NCBI RefSeq assembly: GCF_009914755.1
Contig: NC_060927.1
Length of the DNA stretch: 64,000 bases
Origin: the human T2T-CHM13v2.0 reference genome, Homo sapiens
Direction: 5' to 3' (one strand)
A model generated the notes under the pieces. The model had not been told where the DNA came from. It did no database searches and was given only the letters and a program-made list of their open reading frames with translations. Both the position numbers and the translations under genes were made by a program. Positions 1 through 19,259 of this stretch are shown here, piece by piece (position 1 is the first letter of the stretch; each line of letters starts with the position of its first letter).

Positions 1-1564
1 TCAGAAAATAATTTTTCTCTCCTCCTGATCTGGCATGTATCTCTTCATTAGATGGTGAATATCAGATCTCCTGGGTATTTTCATTTATGCCTTAGCTTAA
101 TTTCCAGGTACCCAAGACTAGTTGAACACTTAGCTTTTTGTAGCCAAACTGGCTAGGGTTTGGGTATTATTTCTCCCCATCCTCAGTGTAATATCTGATC
201 TTTTGTCTCAATAGTCTTATTTCATATGTACCCTTTGTTACAACCTATGAAAGTCTTCTTTGGAAATAAATAATGTAAACATTATTGATAAATAGAGGTA
301 TGTGGTGTTTATTTTTCATTTATTCATCAGCCAGAGAAGACTTCTGCTTTAACTTGGTTCCAGACCCTCCCCAGTGCCTTGGCTAACTGTTTACACCATG
401 TGAGCCTTCAGCCCTGTAGGGCGCCCAGCAAGGCTTTCATTGACTTCCTTTCCCCCTTTTTCTCCAACTCCGATTTTCCTTTCTCCCTTTTCCAACTTGT
501 GAGGTAAACTTTGCTGCAGAGGAAAACCCTGACCAAACACCTAATTTTCCTCTGCGTCCTAAAAGAGCCTCAGATCAAACAGAACAATTAACTCAGCAAA
601 CAATACCATTAGTCAAGCTCCCTCTGTACCCACCAGCCTGAAACCGAACAAATGCCGAACAAACACCTCTTGGAGCATATGGTGGCAGGGAATTGCAGGG
701 AGAGATTTTATGGGCCTCTCAGCGGGCCTGCTCCAGCTCTTTGGGAACCAGACTATTTAGCATATGTCACTGTTCCCAGCTGCCTTGGGGCCTTGGCTGG
801 GGACCACAGCCTTGTGTACTTGTGTACGCAAGTGACAGCATTCAAAATCAGGTACTGATGAGACCGGCTTCCACAGCACTGCAAACCCAGAAGGTGCCCT
901 GGTCAGGACTCAGGCTCCTCGGGCCTGTTCAACAGAACCCAAAAGAGGAATACACGCACAAGGGTAAGCTTCCCCCAGTTATCCGAGAGCCTGATGCCTC
1001 ACTCACTTTCAGCTCAGTCTGGGAAACTTCTTGGGTACTTACACAGAAATGGAAATTCATTGAAAATCTCAATGTACCATAAGAAAAGTCGTCTTTACAG
1101 AAATCAGAGACTAAAATGACCTATTAAGGTATCTTGTCCACCCCCTATCAGCACGAGATTGGTCCCTGAAGAGCTTCAATAGTTCATTTTTAAATAACTC
1201 CAACAATGCATTTTTCATCACAGAACTCCCCAGGAGAGACTGTTCTAATAGATTTCATTCTTAGAAAGTATACCCAAGATCCATCCTAATTTCTCCATTT
1301 CATAAGCTGCTCCTTGTACCATCCAAAATGATTCCAATAGCTCTTGCTGCATTCTCTCTGTGAGGCACTTGGCTGTAGCAGCCTTGTCATCATGTAGTTT
1401 GTAATTCTTTCTTAATTTGGAGAGGGACTGATGGATAGATTTGAAATTTGCTAAGTGCCTATATGGTTAAAATATACACAGTCTCATAAAGCTGTGCTCT
1501 GTGGTGAAACAGTCAGAAATTAAAGGGTTAAACTGAAGCAAGCATGATGTAAATTAAAGCAATT

Positions 1565-1780
1565 AGAGGTGCAAAGCATGGGATCTGACCAGCCTGGGTT
1601 CAAATCCTGGCTCCACCACCTGCTTAATGGTGTGTCCTTGATATGTTATAGCTCTCTGGGCTTCTGTTTCCTTATGTATAAAATGGGGAAAAAATTGCCT
1701 ATCTCGGAGCATTGTTGAAGAGATTAGGTAAAAGATCAAGGATCTGGCATAGAGTAACAATCATTAAGTAGTATCATCAT
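1565..1780 (+). mobile_element. MIR SINE
   Basis: Core motifs ctgggttcaaatcctggctccacc and ctgtttccttatgtataaaatgggg. Confidence 0.75.
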
Positions 1781-1985
1781 TATTTTTTATTCTAAAAGTG
1801 GCTTAGATGCTAAAAGGATATACTAAGAGCAAGATGTTAGGGTAACTCATTCACACCCAGAGTAGAAAGCCACAGACATTCCTTTTTCCTGAACTGGCTG
1901 CATACATTTGCAGCACTAGGCTGGACCTCTCAGGAGGAATTAGTTAGGGAGATAAGATGTTCTCATATTAAGAGTTAAACAACAC

Positions 1986-2288
1986 AGCCAGGTGTGGTGG
2001 CTCACACTTGTAAATCCCAATACTTTGGGAGGCTGAGGCAAGAGGATTGCTTGAGGCCAGGAGTTCAAGACCAGCTTAGGCAACATAGCAAGACCCTGCC
2101 TCTACAAAAAATATTTTAAATTAAGCCAGCATGGTGGCATATGCCTGTAGTCCCAGCTACTCAGGAGGCTGAGGCAGGAGGATCACTTCAGCCCATGAGT
2201 TTGAGGCTGTAGTGAGCTATGATCGCACGGCCACACTCCATCCTGGGTGACAGAGTAAAACCCTGTCTCAAAAAAATAAAAATAAAAA
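1986..2288 (+). mobile_element. AluJ SINE
   Basis: Dimeric Alu with J-type ggattgcttgaggccagg and gaggctgtagtgagctatgatc; A tail; flanking aagagttaa repeats. Confidence 0.92.
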
Positions 2289-3318
2289 GAGTTAACATGA
2301 CAATGAGATGGTAAGGTAGAGTCAGCTAAATGCCAGATAAGTGAGAAAAGGAAGGATGCAGATCGTGAACTGAGCCCAGAGAGACTTCATCTGGACTTGT
2401 CAGGGAAAAGCCAATGGTCTCTAAGCCAGAGGTCTACTCAGAGCCCTTAGTGCTCACTTCTAGGGATAGTCTCTAGTGCAGTATTGGGGTATTTATCTAT
2501 AGGAAAAGATCAAAGTGGTATTAGATTGTTTATTTAAAAAAATGATCAGCCCAACTAACCCTGTGTATTCATTTAGGGTTCTTCTGTTTATAAGTGATAT
2601 ATATAAAAAAAAAAAAAACAAAAAAAACAATAACCTCTAAACCAGCTTAAGCAAAAAGGTGAATTTATAGAATTGATACTGGGTAGCTCCCAGACTGACC
2701 AAGCCTGAAAGAGCTCAGAGGTGAGAGTAATGTTCAGGAACACTGGAACTGGGGAGATGGACTTCTTCAGGACTTGCTCTGTCTCTCAGAGCTGGAAAGC
2801 TGGAGAAAAATACATGAGATGTTTTAAGAAAGCTTGAATGTACGCCAGCATCAAAGAAAGCTGACAAGCAGCTGATTTGACCACAAAATCACAGATAGAC
2901 TCAGAAATCAGAAGCATCAGCTACTTCCGAAGGTGGGGACACAACAGAAAACACTGGGCTAAATATCTTTATAAGAAGCATTTTGACACTCCCACATGCC
3001 CAACTTCATCATAACACAAAGCTGGAAGTTTATTCTTGCTGAGGCCTGGAAAAGTTATGGGGAGGGCTGCCATGGTAAAAACAGGGAAATTAAATACCAA
3101 TTGACATACTGAATCAGGAGCCTCCTTCTCATACTTGGCTCCCAGAAATCAGGCAACCCAGATTATGCCTCCTGGGCAATAGGGTGGCATTTGCCTCACT
3201 GACAAAATAACCAGCCCAGCAGACATACAGACCCTGATACAGTGACATCTACCATCAATACATACAGCCCAGGCAAACACTGCTTCTGACCAGTGGCCCA
3301 TTCTTAAATACCAACTGA

Positions 3319-3695
<377 letters not shown>

Positions 3696-3931
3696 AGAAG
3701 GGGAACTTAAATAATTGAGACTCTCAAAGTGTAAAAAGAGAAGATACTGCAGGCCCTAATTAAAAAAAAATACACAGAACAAAAAATTAGCTCATGGAAA
3801 TTATAAATATGATTGCAAAAATGAAAAAATTCAGTAGAGTGGAATATACAGCAAGGACATCACTAAGGAAGTAAAAGCTAAAATAAAAAATAGTCACAGA
3901 GGAGAAAGAGGAGATTCTAAAAACTTACATA

Positions 3932-4275
<344 letters not shown>

Positions 4276-4924
4276 TCAATTGCTCAAGGCTAGAGTGTAA
4301 TAGGACAACGTATTCAGAATCCTCCAGGGAAGTGATTTCCAACCAAGAAATCTATACCCAGCCCAAATATTAATTATGTACATCTATACAATTTTTGTTA
4401 AGACAATTTTTGTTCCATTCCCGGAAACATCTGGATTTGTATCTAAGTTTAAAATTTCTTAGCTGTGTGACCTTAGGCAAATACTGTCCCCTCTCTGGGC
4501 CTCAGGTTGCTCATCTATGTCACAGGGCTGTGAAAATTTAATGAGACATTGTTAAAATGGCAAGGGGTGCAAGACTTGCAGCATCTCAGGTAGTTCCTTT
4601 CCCCCACCCCATTTACCTCTGTCATTATCATCCTCATTTTCTCTGTCATCCATTATCTCTAACATCTCTGCTATTACTCACCAGCATTCACAACAAGAAT
4701 TTGGAAAGAGACTAGAATTCTGAGACTAGAAACTCACCTAATAGCAAAAATGGGAGGATTGGCTGAGCATAGGAAGGTCCTGAGGCAGTAGTGGAGAATT
4801 TGTTCAAGGAGATTGCTTTCTTCCCTTGGAAACCTTTACCTGAAATGTACAAGGCTTACAGGACAGGGGTTTTATTTGAAACCTGAGGCCAAGAAATAAC
4901 TGAGGAAGAGATTGCTTTATTTTC

Positions 4925-5254
4925 AGGATTTTTGTAAGCCAGTTGTTAAACATAGCCATTATTTAAAACTTAAATTATAAAACTTACAATGAAATAAATT
5001 ACATTGAAAACAAAAGTAATTGATACTAAAAGCTCATTTTATCCTAATTACTTGAATATAATTTACAATTATCTATGTTCTTGGGCTAATTTATTATATC
5101 TGTTATTATCTGTATGTACATTAAGTGATATCATGTTAGGAGCTGACAATCAGCCCTGATAAGAGATTTACATCACAAAAATCAACAAATGCTACAAATC
5201 AGGACTTTTTTTTCTCAGAAAGACAGTTTTTAAACATTCACCAGCACACCACTA
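4925..5254. mobile_element. MER63-like hAT DNA transposon
   Basis: Terminus ttaaacattcaccagcacaccact and internal ccagttgttaaac match recalled MER63 ends. Confidence 0.6.
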
Positions 5255-5403
5255 GCTGAGGACTCAGAGTACCAGATTCCAGATGTGTCTGGTTTTCCAA
5301 AGGTTCAATAAAAACATACGTTTTGGCAACCTCCTCAGAAAACTCTTTCATCCCCTTAAATATGACGGTGTCTACTAACCAAGAAACATTGGAATGAACA
5401 AAC

Positions 5404-5987
5404 TGTAGGGAAGGAAAAGCTTTTTCTCTACTCTATTATGTTCCATAAATGGAGTCTGTGAATTAAACTGACAAAAGACAGACTAACACAAGAAAAGCAT
5501 ACAAATTTTATTTAGTGTTAATATTTTATGTGCATGGAGGCTTCACAGAAAAGAAGTGAAAAAACAAAAGAAGTGGCTAGACTTGGGGGCTTATATCCCA
5601 TTTTAACAAAGGATGATAAATTATGGAGAAGTGACTAGTCAAAGGAGAGGGAGTTTGGGCTTCCAGGAGCAGTAAATTGTGGGAAGGTAAATATATGGAG
5701 GAAACTAATGGTAGATAAGAATTATTCAGTAAGGTTTGTTTATGCAGAGTCATCTAGGTGTGGGCCCTCTGTCTCCAGTGATAAGAGTTGCTTTTCTCAT
5801 ACTAGTACAGGAGAGGGGGGCAAATTTATGCCACCTTCACAAAGGGAAATTTATGTTCTGCTTTTAGGAAGATAAGGGGAGGGTAGAGATCTCTTCCTGT
5901 GTCTGCTTTTTCTCAGTTGCCTTCAGCTCAAAATAATCCTTATGCCAAAGTGGCATGTTTTGGGGTGACATGTCCTGATCCCCTTTA
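5404..5987 (-). mobile_element. MER34-family solo LTR (ERV1)
   Basis: Minus strand begins aaggggatcaggacatgtcaccccaaaacatgccactttggcataaggattattttgagctgaagg and ends ccctaca. Confidence 0.75.
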
Positions 5988-6064
5988 GAATGAATGAATA
6001 AATATCCAGAAAGCTGCTCTTAATACTCAGAGCTTTCTTTAACACATGAAACAGACTTCTAAAA

Positions 6065-6205
6065 CCATATAATTCAAAATGTGGTCCATGAACCAGCAGC
6101 ATTGGCATCACCTGGGAATTTGTTAGAAAAGCAACATTTTAGGCCCTTTTGTAAGACTGCTAACTAGGAATCTGCATTTTGACAAAAGGTTTGAGAAGCC
6201 TTACT
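6065..6205. mobile_element. MER5A hAT-Charlie element
   Basis: gtggtccatgaaccagcagcattggcatcacctgggaatttgttagaaa...tttgagaagc. Confidence 0.75.
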
Positions 6206-6529
6206 GTAAATGTCAGCCCTGGCCAGATAGCCAAAATGCTTTCCCTTCCTGCCTAAAACTCTACCAATAAGAAATCCATTCCAATTAACAGTCTTTAAAA
6301 AGTCAAACACCTCTGGGTGGTTTAATGACCCAGCCCTAAGGAGAATTTGTTAGAAGAGATTGCTTTCTTCCCTTTGAACCTTTACCTGAGATAGACAGTG
6401 CTTACCAGACCAAGGTTTATTTGGAAAAGACAGAGGAAAGCTAAAGGGAAGATAATTCAGTCACTCCCAGAATCACTGCCATAACCAAAAGCAGCTTCTT
6501 CCTTCCCTCTTTTCCCCCCTACAGTCTCC

Positions 6530-7135
6530 ACTTAGCAGCTAGACCAGCTTTTTAACATGCAGATCAGACTGTGGAATCTCTTCCCATTGCATTAAGAATA
6601 AAACCCATACTGCTTACCTGGACTTAAATACCCAGGATAATCTGCCCCCTTTCTCCCCGAGCCTCACAAAATCCCACTCCTGTGTTCTGTCAAGCCTCAG
6701 TTGTGCTGGCCTGTCTCCTGTCTGGGCGCCAGTGGCTTTCTCTGCCTTTAGGCTCTGTACTTGCACTTCCCTCTCCCTGAACTCTCTGAACCTGGCTGTC
6801 CCTGGCCAGCTCTTCCCTGACTGGCTCCTTATCACTCACTCGGTCTATGTTTAAATGTCTCCTTTCAGTGAGGCCACTGCTGACCACCCAGCCTCTGCTG
6901 TCACTGTCACATCACCTGCTTGATTTTCTTTATAGCACTCATCACCATTGGAATTTGTCAGACTCATTTATTTGATTTTTAATTTCCTGTATAACTCAAA
7001 ACACATAAACTCATCCACAGTCACAAACTGAGTATAAGCTCCATGAGAACAGGGACTTTGTTGACACCCAGGGACTTTGTTGACAGGGACTTTGTTGCCT
7101 GGCACAAAGTGCTCAATAAACACTGTGGAGCAGAT
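6530..7135 (+). mobile_element. L2 LINE 3' fragment
   Basis: taagctccatgagaacagggactttg and gcctggcacaaagtgctcaataaa 3'-end motifs. Confidence 0.7.
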
Positions 7136-7585
7136 GGATGTGTGAACTATGCGATTGTAGGACAAAGTGCTCCATTGCCCACCACCACCAAGGCCAGCCC
7201 TGCACCCTGAACAGGAAAACACACCATTTTGCTCTACCTTTTTCTGCTTCTTACACTCTGTGGCTGGTCTCCTACTCCCAAAACACCCCTAATATTGGTA
7301 TTATGGGTATTCTACTGTGAAGAAGTTTGAAGAGGGTTCCACAAGGCAAGCTGGTTTGAGAGCTTAGAAATCTCATTGATGGCAGGTCCTAGAGTGGTTC
7401 TGACTCAGGATGCCAGACATGTCTCCAGAGACTCATGGAGATGCCAGAAGCCAATTTTTTAAACCATTAGATGCTCATGAATACCTGATTATGACAGGGT
7501 CTTTTGTGGCAGGTCACATTACTGAAAGTTTGCTTGCTAAGTGGGAAGTCCAAGAAAGAAGGCTTTAAGTGTGATGCCCACCCCT

Positions 7586-7611
7586 ACACACACACACACA
7601 CACACACACAC
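7586..7611. repeat. (CA)n microsatellite
   Basis: Direct dinucleotide run. Confidence 0.95.
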
Positions 7612-8501
7612 GTGCATAACTACTAAAAAGATGGGATGACTGTGCAGGAAGACAGAGCACCAGCCCCCATGGCACTGCTCAGTGCTGAATGGTCCCCCTG
7701 GGTGGGCCTATGTGACCCTCTTCATCTGGGATTGCACTGTTGAGCAGGTGTATCCTAACTGCTGGGTCATTTCTAGACACAGGTTCAATATGTTCAATCC
7801 AGCCACCATGACAGGGTCCTTTTTTGCCTCCTTTGTTTCCTGTCCAGGCATCAGGCATCTCTCTGAGGACAGCCTATGTGCATCCATTTCTAGGACTTTG
7901 GGGATCTCTTGCTGTAGCTCCCAAGTACCAGCTACTTGGAGCATGGTGGGATCACTAGGCTTTTACAGTCTGCCCTGGGAACCCATCTTCCACTTAACAC
8001 ATTGTTTATATAGGAACAGGTTTTCTGGGTTCATAAGAATCACTGACATAAATTAGAAGGCACTATATTCTCTACATATCTCAGAGGTGAAAATCCCATG
8101 GGGCTTTATCATCCTTTATGTCTTCTATCTTCATATTTTAACGTTGTCATAAACACTGTAGACAATTCTCTTCTTCCTTCCTTCCTTCTAAGGAAGCCTT
8201 CCTTGTTTCTCCATTTCAGGCTTTTGTCTTATGAAGCACATACTTTTAGGGTGTCTGCTTAGCCCCTGTCTCTTCCCACTTTCTTTAGGATTGTCTCTCA
8301 TCTATTGAAACGTCCAGTAGAGTAACAGGAGAAGGCGAAGGCTGCAGAAAGAGGAGATGCACAAAACAAAACGAGAACGTATCATCCTGTACCCTGTGGG
8401 CTTCCAGCTCCTGGCTCTTCATCCTTACAGCTTGCCTTCCTTGAGGGCCACACATCACCACACATCCTTTAGTAACAGCTCCTGTTTGAAAGGGCTTTCC
8501 T

Positions 8502-9402
8502 GCGGGAGGAGCCAAGATGGCCGAATAGGAACAGCTCCAGTCTACAGCTCCCAGCGTGAGCGACGCAGAAGATGGGTGATTTCTGCATTTCCATCTGAGG
8601 TACCGGGTTCATCTCACTAGGGAGTGCCAGACAGTGGGCGCAGGTCAGTGGGTACGAGCACCGTGCACGAGCCGAAGCAGGGCAAGTCATTGCCTCACTT
8701 GGGAAGCGCAAGGGGTCAGGGAGTTCCCTTTCCGAGTCAAAGAAAGGGGTGACGGACGCACCTGGAAAATCGGGTCACTCCCACCCGAATATTGCGCTTT
8801 TCGGACCGGTTTAAAAAACGGCGCACGAGATTATATCCTGCACCTGGCTCGGAGGGTCCTACCCACGGAGTCTCGCTGATTGCTAGCACAGCAGTCTGAG
8901 ATCAAACTGCAAGGCGGCAGCGAGGCTGGGGGAGGGGCGCCCACCATTGCCCAGGCTTGATTAGGTAAACAAAGCAGCCTCGAAGCTCGAACTGGGTGGA
9001 GCCCACCACAGCTCAAGGAGGCCTGCCTGCCTCTGTAGGCTCCACCTCTGGGGGCAGGGCACAGACAAACAAAAAGACAGCAGTAACCTCTGCAGACTTA
9101 AATGTCCCTGTCTTACAGCTTTGAAGAGAGCAGTGGTTCTCCCAGCACGCAGCTGGAGATCTGAGAAAGGGCAGACTGCCTCCTCAAGTAGGTCCCTGAC
9201 CCCTGACCCCCGAGCAGCCTAACTGGGAGGCACCCCCCAGCAGGGGCACACTGACACCTCATATGGCAGGGTATTCCAACAGACCTGCAGCTGAGGGTCC
9301 TGTCTGTTAGAAGGAAAACTAACAAACAGAAAGGACATCCACACCAAAAATCCATCTGTACATCACCATCATCAAAGACCAAAAGTAGATAAAACCACAA
9401 AC
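8502..9402 (+). promoter_or_regulatory. L1 5'UTR internal sense/antisense promoter with YY1 site
   Basis: CpG-rich 5'UTR; caagatggccg at 8513-8523. Confidence 0.8.
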
Positions 9403-10418
9403 ATGGGGAAAAAACAGAACAGAAAAACTGGAAACTCTAAAATGCAGAGCGCCTCTCCTCCTCCAGGGGAATGCAGTTCCTCACCAGCAACGGAACAAAG
9501 CTGGATGGAGAATGACTTTGACGAGCTGAGAGAAGAAGGCTTCAGACGATCAAATTACTCTGAGCTATGGGAGGACATTCAAACCAAAGGCAAAGAAGTT
9601 GAAAACTTTGAAAAAAATTTAGAAAAATGTATAACTAGAATAACCAATACAGAGAAGTGCTTAAAGGAGCTGATGGAGCTGAAAACCAAGGCTCGAGAAC
9701 TACGTGAAGAATGCAGAAGCCTCAGGAGCCGATGCAATCAACTGGAAGAAAGGGTGTCAGCAATGGAAGATGAAATGAATGAAATGAAGCGAGAAGGGAA
9801 GTTTAGAGAAAAAAGAATAAAAAGAAATGAGCAAAGCCTCCAAGAAATATGGGACTATGTGAAAAGACCAAATCTACGTCTGATTGGTGTACCTGAAAGT
9901 GATGGGGAGAATGGAACCAAGTTGGAAAACACTCTGCAGGATATTATCCAGGAGAGCTTCCCCAGTCTAGCAAGGCAGGCCAACGTTCAGTTTCAGGAAA
10001 CACAGAGAACGCCACAAAGATACTCCTCGAGAGAGCAACTCCAAGACACATAATTGTCAGATTCACCAAAGTTGAAATGAAGGAAAAAATGTTAAGGGCA
10101 GCCAGAGAGAAAGGTCGGGTTACCCTCAAAGGGAAGCCCATCAGACTAACAGTGGATCTCTCGGCAGAAACCCTACAAGCCAGAAGAGAGTAGGGGCCAA
10201 TATTCAACATTCTTAAAGAAAAGAATTTTCAACCCAGAATTTCATATCCAGCCAAACTAAGCTTCATAAGTGAAGGAGAAATAAAATACTTCACAGACAA
10301 GCAAATGCTGAGAGATTTTGTCACCACCAGGCCTGCCCTAAAAGAGCTCCTGAAGGAAGCGCTAAACATGGAAAGGAACAACCGGTACCAGCCACTGCAA
10401 AATCATGCCAAAATGTAA
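9403..10418 (+). pseudogene. L1 ORF1p, disrupted
   Basis: MGKKQNRKTGNSK start; 1-bp deletion near 10030 (tcgagagagcaac) and TGG>TAG at 10191. Confidence 0.95.
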
Positions 10419-10466
10419 AGACCATTGAGACTAGGAAGAAACTGCATCAACTAATGAGCAAAATAA

Positions 10467-14316
<3,850 letters not shown>

Positions 14317-14536
14317 ACAATGAGATCACATGGACACAGGAAGGGGAATATCACACTCTGGGGACTGTGGTGGGGTGGGGGTAGGGGGGAGGGATAGCAT
14401 TGGGAGATACACCTAATGCTAGATGACGAGTTAGTGGGTGCAGCGCACCAGCATGGCACATGTTTACATATGTAACTAACCTGCACAATGTGCACATGTA
14501 CCCTAAAACTTAAAGTATAATTAAAAAAAAAAAAAA

Positions 14537-14926
14537 GAAACTGGGTCCACCTAACATGGCAATTCCCACCGTTGTCCTCTTGCCCTTGCCCCCACATGTG
14601 CCTGGCAGTATGGCTGCCCCTACATATCCCCACGTGTGTGGAACATCATGGCGCCCTGCATTTGCATATTAAAAAGAGAGGATGGGAGGCCCAGTTTTTT
14701 CGCGGGCTACGTGAATGACATGCCTGGTCAAACCAATGCCCCGAGCTTTATGCAAATCAGACACCGCCTCCTCCAGCCTTCCAATATAGCTGGTTGATAC
14801 TATCTGAAAGCGGGGTTCTGTCTCTTGGCTTTGGAGCCACCCTCCCTCTGTCTCTGTAGAGGGGAGCTTTTTCTTTCTTTCCTCCCCCTTCTCTCTTGCC
14901 TATTAAACTCCCTGCTCCTTAAAACT
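14537..14926 (+). mobile_element. 3'-transduced ERV1 LTR fragment (LTR9-like)
   Basis: Non-L1 sequence between two poly(A) tracts; atttgcatattaaaa...ggtcaaaccaat...atgcaaatcagacaccgcctcctccagcc matches recalled LTR9; ATTAAA at 14902-14907. Confidence 0.8.
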
Positions 14927-16063
14927 AAAAAAAAAAAAAAAAAAAAAAAAAAGAAAGGGCTTTCCTCACTGGTAAACAGAATCAATCTCGGAGACTACTT
15001 CTTCGTCCTCTGTCCCTCTCTGCTTCAACTGGCTTTTCATTCCTTCCTTATTTTCCTCTTTTGGGCCCTTCCTCAGTCTTTTTGCAGCCATCATAAGGCC
15101 CCTGGGATGAGCAGTCAGCCCCTGACCATCTTTACCTCAGGGGTCCTAGCTGCCCGTGGGCTTGAAGCAAGGGTCTCAGAGAGAGGGGTCAGGAAGAAGA
15201 GAGTGCCAAGGGGCTCCCCGAGTCTTCTGCTGCTGGGGATGTGCACAGCTGATTATGTCGGAGAAATCGTGTGCCCTCTACCCACCCTCCAATCAAGGAC
15301 ATTTGGATCTATTGGAAAGGGGCTAAGAAGAGGTGGGCATGGGGTCTTAGACACAATTTTGAGGGAGGTCTTTGCCCAGTTGGTAATGATGGCAGATCTG
15401 TAGAACCTAATGTACGCCACTTGGGGGAAGGGGCCGGAGCCAAACCCCTCCTCCTCAGGCCTGACTCCTCCTCAACCCTGCTCCCCTCCCAACTCAGCTG
15501 CCCCTTTCAGCAACTCTGGCCTCCAGCCTCTCCTCCCTACTGGTCACCCTCCTTCTCCTCCCCAATCCCAACCCCATTTAAACACAACAGAAGCAAATTG
15601 TTTATGAATAGCCCTAATTTACAATGCATCCATAATGACTGGGAAGACACCGATAATTTATTTAATGAGCAAAGACACATGATTCACAAACAATGATTCC
15701 AGTCAGAAATTGGCTTCATTAATTTTCTGTAAGCCCTCTATTATGATTCAGCACCCAGGGAGTGCCTCAGACCCACAAGTCTCCCCAGCACTTCTATTAC
15801 TCCAGCCTGAACCCAGCTCAGGTGTAGGTCCAGCACCCTCACCCTGCTCATGGGCCTTTCCACCTAGCCATGCTTAGCAGTTGCCCCCACACAGCCTGCT
15901 CTCCAGAAACCTTGCCAACCTGCCATGCAACTGATCTAGCTGTGTCTGCTAATGGGAGATCATGCCAGGCCAGACATTCCTGAGGGCCTTGACCCACAGA
16001 TCCCCAACCCACCCACAAGTACAGGCCACAATGCGGTCTGTGTCAGCCACCAGAGCTCCACTA

Positions 16064-17500
<1,437 letters not shown>

Positions 17501-18051
17501 AAAATTTTTTTTAAAAAGGCATTACAGGTGTTGATATTTTCAACTGCTAAACACCTAACCTTGAAGAACAGACATGCAACCTATCCATGTACCCCAGGGT
17601 CTTCACCTTGGGATGGGGAGGAGGAGACGGAGATCATGAAAACTCTGCCTGAGCTTCAGGGTCCTAATTCCCCCTTCTCATAGAATACTCAGCGTGACCT
17701 CATCTTTCTTAATCACCTAAACATATGTGAACTACAGTTTGCTGCCCACATGAATTTTAATATTTTTAATTTTTAATTTCATTATTTTATTCAACTTATA
17801 CAAGCATATGGTTTAAAGAAATAAACAGTTCTACAAAGGTCATATTCATACAATAAAGAGAAGTCTCCCACTACATCCCCCCATTTTCATTTAGTATTCA
17901 TCTCCATATCTTGAAAAAATAGGCTTAGATTACTACTTCGTTGTTGTTGTTGTTTTTCGATCTCAGTCATTCACTCTTGTCTTCCCTCTATAAAATACAA
18001 AGGCTTAGTTCTCCACCTCACCTCTTTCTCTACACACACATATTTCTTGCC

Positions 18052-18252
18052 TGGGGATCAGCAAACCAGGGCCACCTGTTTTTGTAAATAAGATATAACT
18101 GAAATACAGTCATGCCCATTTGTTTATGCTTGTCTCTGGCTGTTTTAGTGCCAGGATAGCAGAGTTGAGTAGTTGTGACAGAGACCATGTTGCCCACAAA
18201 GCTTAAAATATTTATTATTTGGCTCTTTACAAAAATGTTTGTCAAATTCTGG
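18052..18252. mobile_element. MER58A hAT-Charlie element
   Basis: ccacctgtttttgtaaataa, gagttgagtagttgtgacagagacc, aaaatatttattatttggctctttaca. Confidence 0.8.
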
Positions 18253-18874
18253 CAGTCCCTGCAGCCTATGAATAAGCTGAGTTATAGATCAATATTCAGT
18301 GATTCCATTACCATAACTATCTAAATGCCATTCTCAGCTGAGTTGAGTAATGTACTATGTGTACTTCTCCTTTCCTGTACCTTTTGTTTACACTCACATT
18401 TGTAAATGCCTTTTATGTTATTTGTTTGCTTCTAGATATTTGTACTAAATACTAACTTTAACAAATTCTCTCCCAGTTGTGCAAATCTGTTTAAATGCAT
18501 TAAGGTATCAATTTTATCTACTTGAAGATAATTTCTTTATGAGCTTACTGACCTGCACCAATATGAACTGGTAGTGCTCCGTCCTAATGCACAGCCATCA
18601 TCCTGGGATCTGCTTTCCTCATCATGCAGGAGGGTCCTTTTGCTTCTATTCTATACTCAGTCCCCTATTTCCAGAATCTATGTCATTCACTTTCTTGATT
18701 TACTCTAATTTTGAAGGAGCACATATTCCACTATCATCCCTATCCACCCCCAACCACCAAAAACAAAAAAAAAAACAAAAAAAAAAAAAAACAGGGGAGG
18801 TACATTTTTTTGAGACTTTAAATGTCTGAAAGTGTCTTTATTGCATCCTCACATTAATTTATTGTTAGATTGGA

Positions 18875-19255
18875 TGTCTTAGTTAGCTCAGGCTGCTATA
18901 ACAAAACACCATAGATGGGGTGGCTTAAATAATAGACACTGATTTCTCAGTTCTAAAGGCTAGAAGTCTGAGATGAAGGTACCAGCATGGTCAGATTCTG
19001 GTGAAGGCCCTCTTCCTGGCTGACAGGTGGCTGTTTCTTGCTGTATCCTCACATGCAGAGAGAGAGAGAGTGAGAGCTCTCTAGTCTCTTCCTCTTCCTA
19101 TAAGGACACTAATTCCATCATGGTGGCTCCACCCTCACTACCTCATCTAAGCTCAATTACCTTCCAAAGGCCCCACCACGTAATACCATCACATTAGGGG
19201 TTATGGTTTCAACATGTGAATTTGGGGAAGGGACACAACCATTCAGTTCATAACA
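18875..19255 (-). mobile_element. MLT1A-type MaLR solo LTR
   Basis: tgtcttagttagctcaggctgctataacaaaa...attcagttcataaca; TG..CA termini. Confidence 0.85.
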
Positions 19256-19259
19256 CGGG

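Noticed and set aside
693-1082. 129-aa plus-strand ORF
   Set aside because: Non-ATG start, no recognisable domain, length within chance expectation.
14825-15403. 192-aa ORF containing poly-Lys
   Set aside because: Reads through the transduction's poly(A) tail and TSD; an artefact of the insertion junction.
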